Shown in pieces: positions 61,990 to 64,000 of a stretch of 64,000 nucleotides of DNA. Below the pieces are notes generated by a model. It saw only the letters and a list, made by a program, of their open reading frames with translations. It did not search any database and was not told the origin of the DNA. Made by a program: the position numbers and the translations under genes. The stretch lies in NCBI GenBank assembly GCA_964016885.1, contig OZ024749.1, positions 39,556,001 to 39,620,000 on the forward strand, written 5' to 3'. The stretch is from Eledone cirrhosa. Lineage: Eukaryota. The first letter of the stretch is position 1. Every line of letters starts with the position of its first letter.

Positions 61990-62835
61990 GATGGTGATTA
62001 TGGTAATGATGTGGTGGTGGTTATGATTGTGATGATGGTGGTGATGATAGTAATGATGATAAGGATAGAGTTGGTGGTGGTGGTGGTGGTGGTGGTGGTG
62101 GTAATTGTGACGATGGTGGTGAGGATTCTGATGATGATGGTGATAGTGGTGGAGGTGGTGGTGGTGGAGGTGGTGGTTTTGGTGATTGTGACGATGGTGG
62201 TGATGATTGTGACGATGGTGGTGATGATAGTGATGATGATGGTGATAGTGGTGGAGGTGGTGGTGGAGGTGGTGGTTTTTGGTGATTGTGATGATGGTGG
62301 TGATGATTGTGACGATGGTGGTGATGATTGTGACGATGGTGGTGATGATAGTGATGATGGTGGTGATGATTGTGACGATGGTGGTGATGATAGTGATGAT
62401 GATGGTGATAGTGATGGAGGTGGTGGTGGAGGTGGTGGTTTTTGGTGATTGTGACGATGGTGGTGATGATTGTGACGATGGTGGTGATGATAGTGATGAT
62501 GATGGTGATAGTGATGGAGGTGGTGGTGGAGGTGGTGGTTTTTGGTGATTGTGACGATGGTGGTGATGATTGTGACGATGGTGGTGATGATAGTGATGAT
62601 GATGGTGATAGTGGTGGTGATAGTGGTGGAGGTGGTGGTTTTGGTGATTGTGACGATGGTGGTGATGATTATGACGATGGTGGTGATGGTTGTGATGATA
62701 GTGGTGGTGATGATGAGGATGATGGTGGTGGTGGTGTTGTTGTTTGTGGTGGAGTTGATGGTGGTGATGATGATGATGGTGGTGGTGGTGATAGCAGTGT
62801 TGATGGTAATAATGATTATAATGATGATGATGATG
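61990..62835. repeat. (GAT/GGT)n trinucleotide low-complexity tract with internal ~100-bp duplications
   Basis: Direct inspection; similar tracts at 55375-55630 and 13060-13240. Confidence 0.9.
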
Positions 62836-63420
62836 AACACACCATATAATATATACTGAGAGTATATGACATCGCAACACACCATATAACATATACACCA
62901 AATAAAATCTATGAAACCCTTAATAGCAGGGAGACCAGACGTTACATGATGATGATGATGATGATGATGACAGAATTTTTGCCAGAATTCTGGGGCCTCT
63001 TGGAACCCATTTTATGAAACACTGACCTATATATCATACTGACCAACATACACTAGAGTTGAGTCTCTTTGCTGATTATGATAATTGTTTCTACTTTTGG
63101 CACAAGGCCAGCAATTACCCAGTACATTACTGGTACTTTATTTTATCGACCCCGTAAGGATGAAAGGCAAAGTTAACCTCAGCGGGATTTAAACTCAGAT
63201 CGTAAAGGGACGTAACTACGCTGGAAAGCGTGTCTGACCCTCTACTAATACTGACAATTATAATAATCATTTAAAACTATAAATAAAATAATTAATAACG
63301 ATTTAAAATATTTCTCTGTCTTTCTGTCACTCACTCTCTCTATCCTTCAGTCTGTCTCTCTCTTTCTCTCTCAGTCTGTCTGTCTGTCTGTCAGTCTCAC
63401 TCTCTCTCTCTTTCTTCCTG

Positions 63421-63478
<58 letters not shown>

Positions 63479-64000
63479 ACAACCTGTCCCTCTCTTTGTC
63501 TCTTTCAGTGGATTAACATCCTTTCATGTAAATATAAAATAAATAAATAAATAAATAGGAAAATATAAAAATAAATAATATTCCCAAAAAGTCAATCAAT
63601 AAATATCTTATTTCATCATAATCAGAAATCAATGTCTTTACTGTCTAAAGTTGAAGGTTGATTAGAAACATATAAAGGGGAGAAGCTAGAAGGATTAGAG
63701 TGGAAATTAGGGACAGAAGGGTGACCCTTAACCCTTTCATGACCACATTTCTAATGAAATACACTTTATTTCAATTAATTAATAAAACAATTTTGAGGGA
63801 TTTACTAAAATTATTAATTATTTATGGGCATGCCTACAAAGTCAGATGGGCATGCCTACAAAGTCAGAAAACAGCACAGCTCCCATCACTTTCGGAAACA
63901 TTTTTTCATGCTCAGAGTTGCTGAAGCATGGAACAAACTACCTGCATCAGTTATTAGCTGCTGAGACACTGCATAAATCTCCATTATGTAGGAAGATTCT

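Noticed and set aside
61957-62901. Long His/Thr/Asp-Gly-rich ORFs (up to 313 aa)
   Set aside because: Trinucleotide low-complexity DNA open in several frames on both strands; no splice or homology support.

Overview
AT-rich animal genomic DNA, dense in (TA)n/(GAT)n microsatellites, SINEs, LINE remnants and MITEs. The repeat families suggest an octopus (coleoid cephalopod); this is an inference. I reconstructed three intron-containing genes by hand from splice sites and reading frame. (1) A complete TRAPPC14/C7orf43 homolog on the minus strand (13 exons, 19186 to 6055, ~625 aa). (2) A complete PCID2 (TREX-2 PCI subunit) on the plus strand (15 exons, 20203-31376, 399 aa), head-to-head with TRAPPC14 across ~1 kb. 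(3) The four 3' exons of a divergent Na+/K+-ATPase beta subunit on the minus strand (49163 to 44188); its N-terminal/TM exons were not found. Most ORFs in the supplied track are microsatellite or repeat artefacts. The most unusual signals are in PCID2 splicing: an array of seven intact CAG|GTRAG donors after exon 6, each of the six extra donors introducing an in-frame stop, and an AT-AC U12 intron with a competing AG 2 nt downstream. Several minisatellites are visibly amplified from retroposon segments, and several long hairpins are present. No CRISPR, rRNA or convincing tRNA gene was seen.
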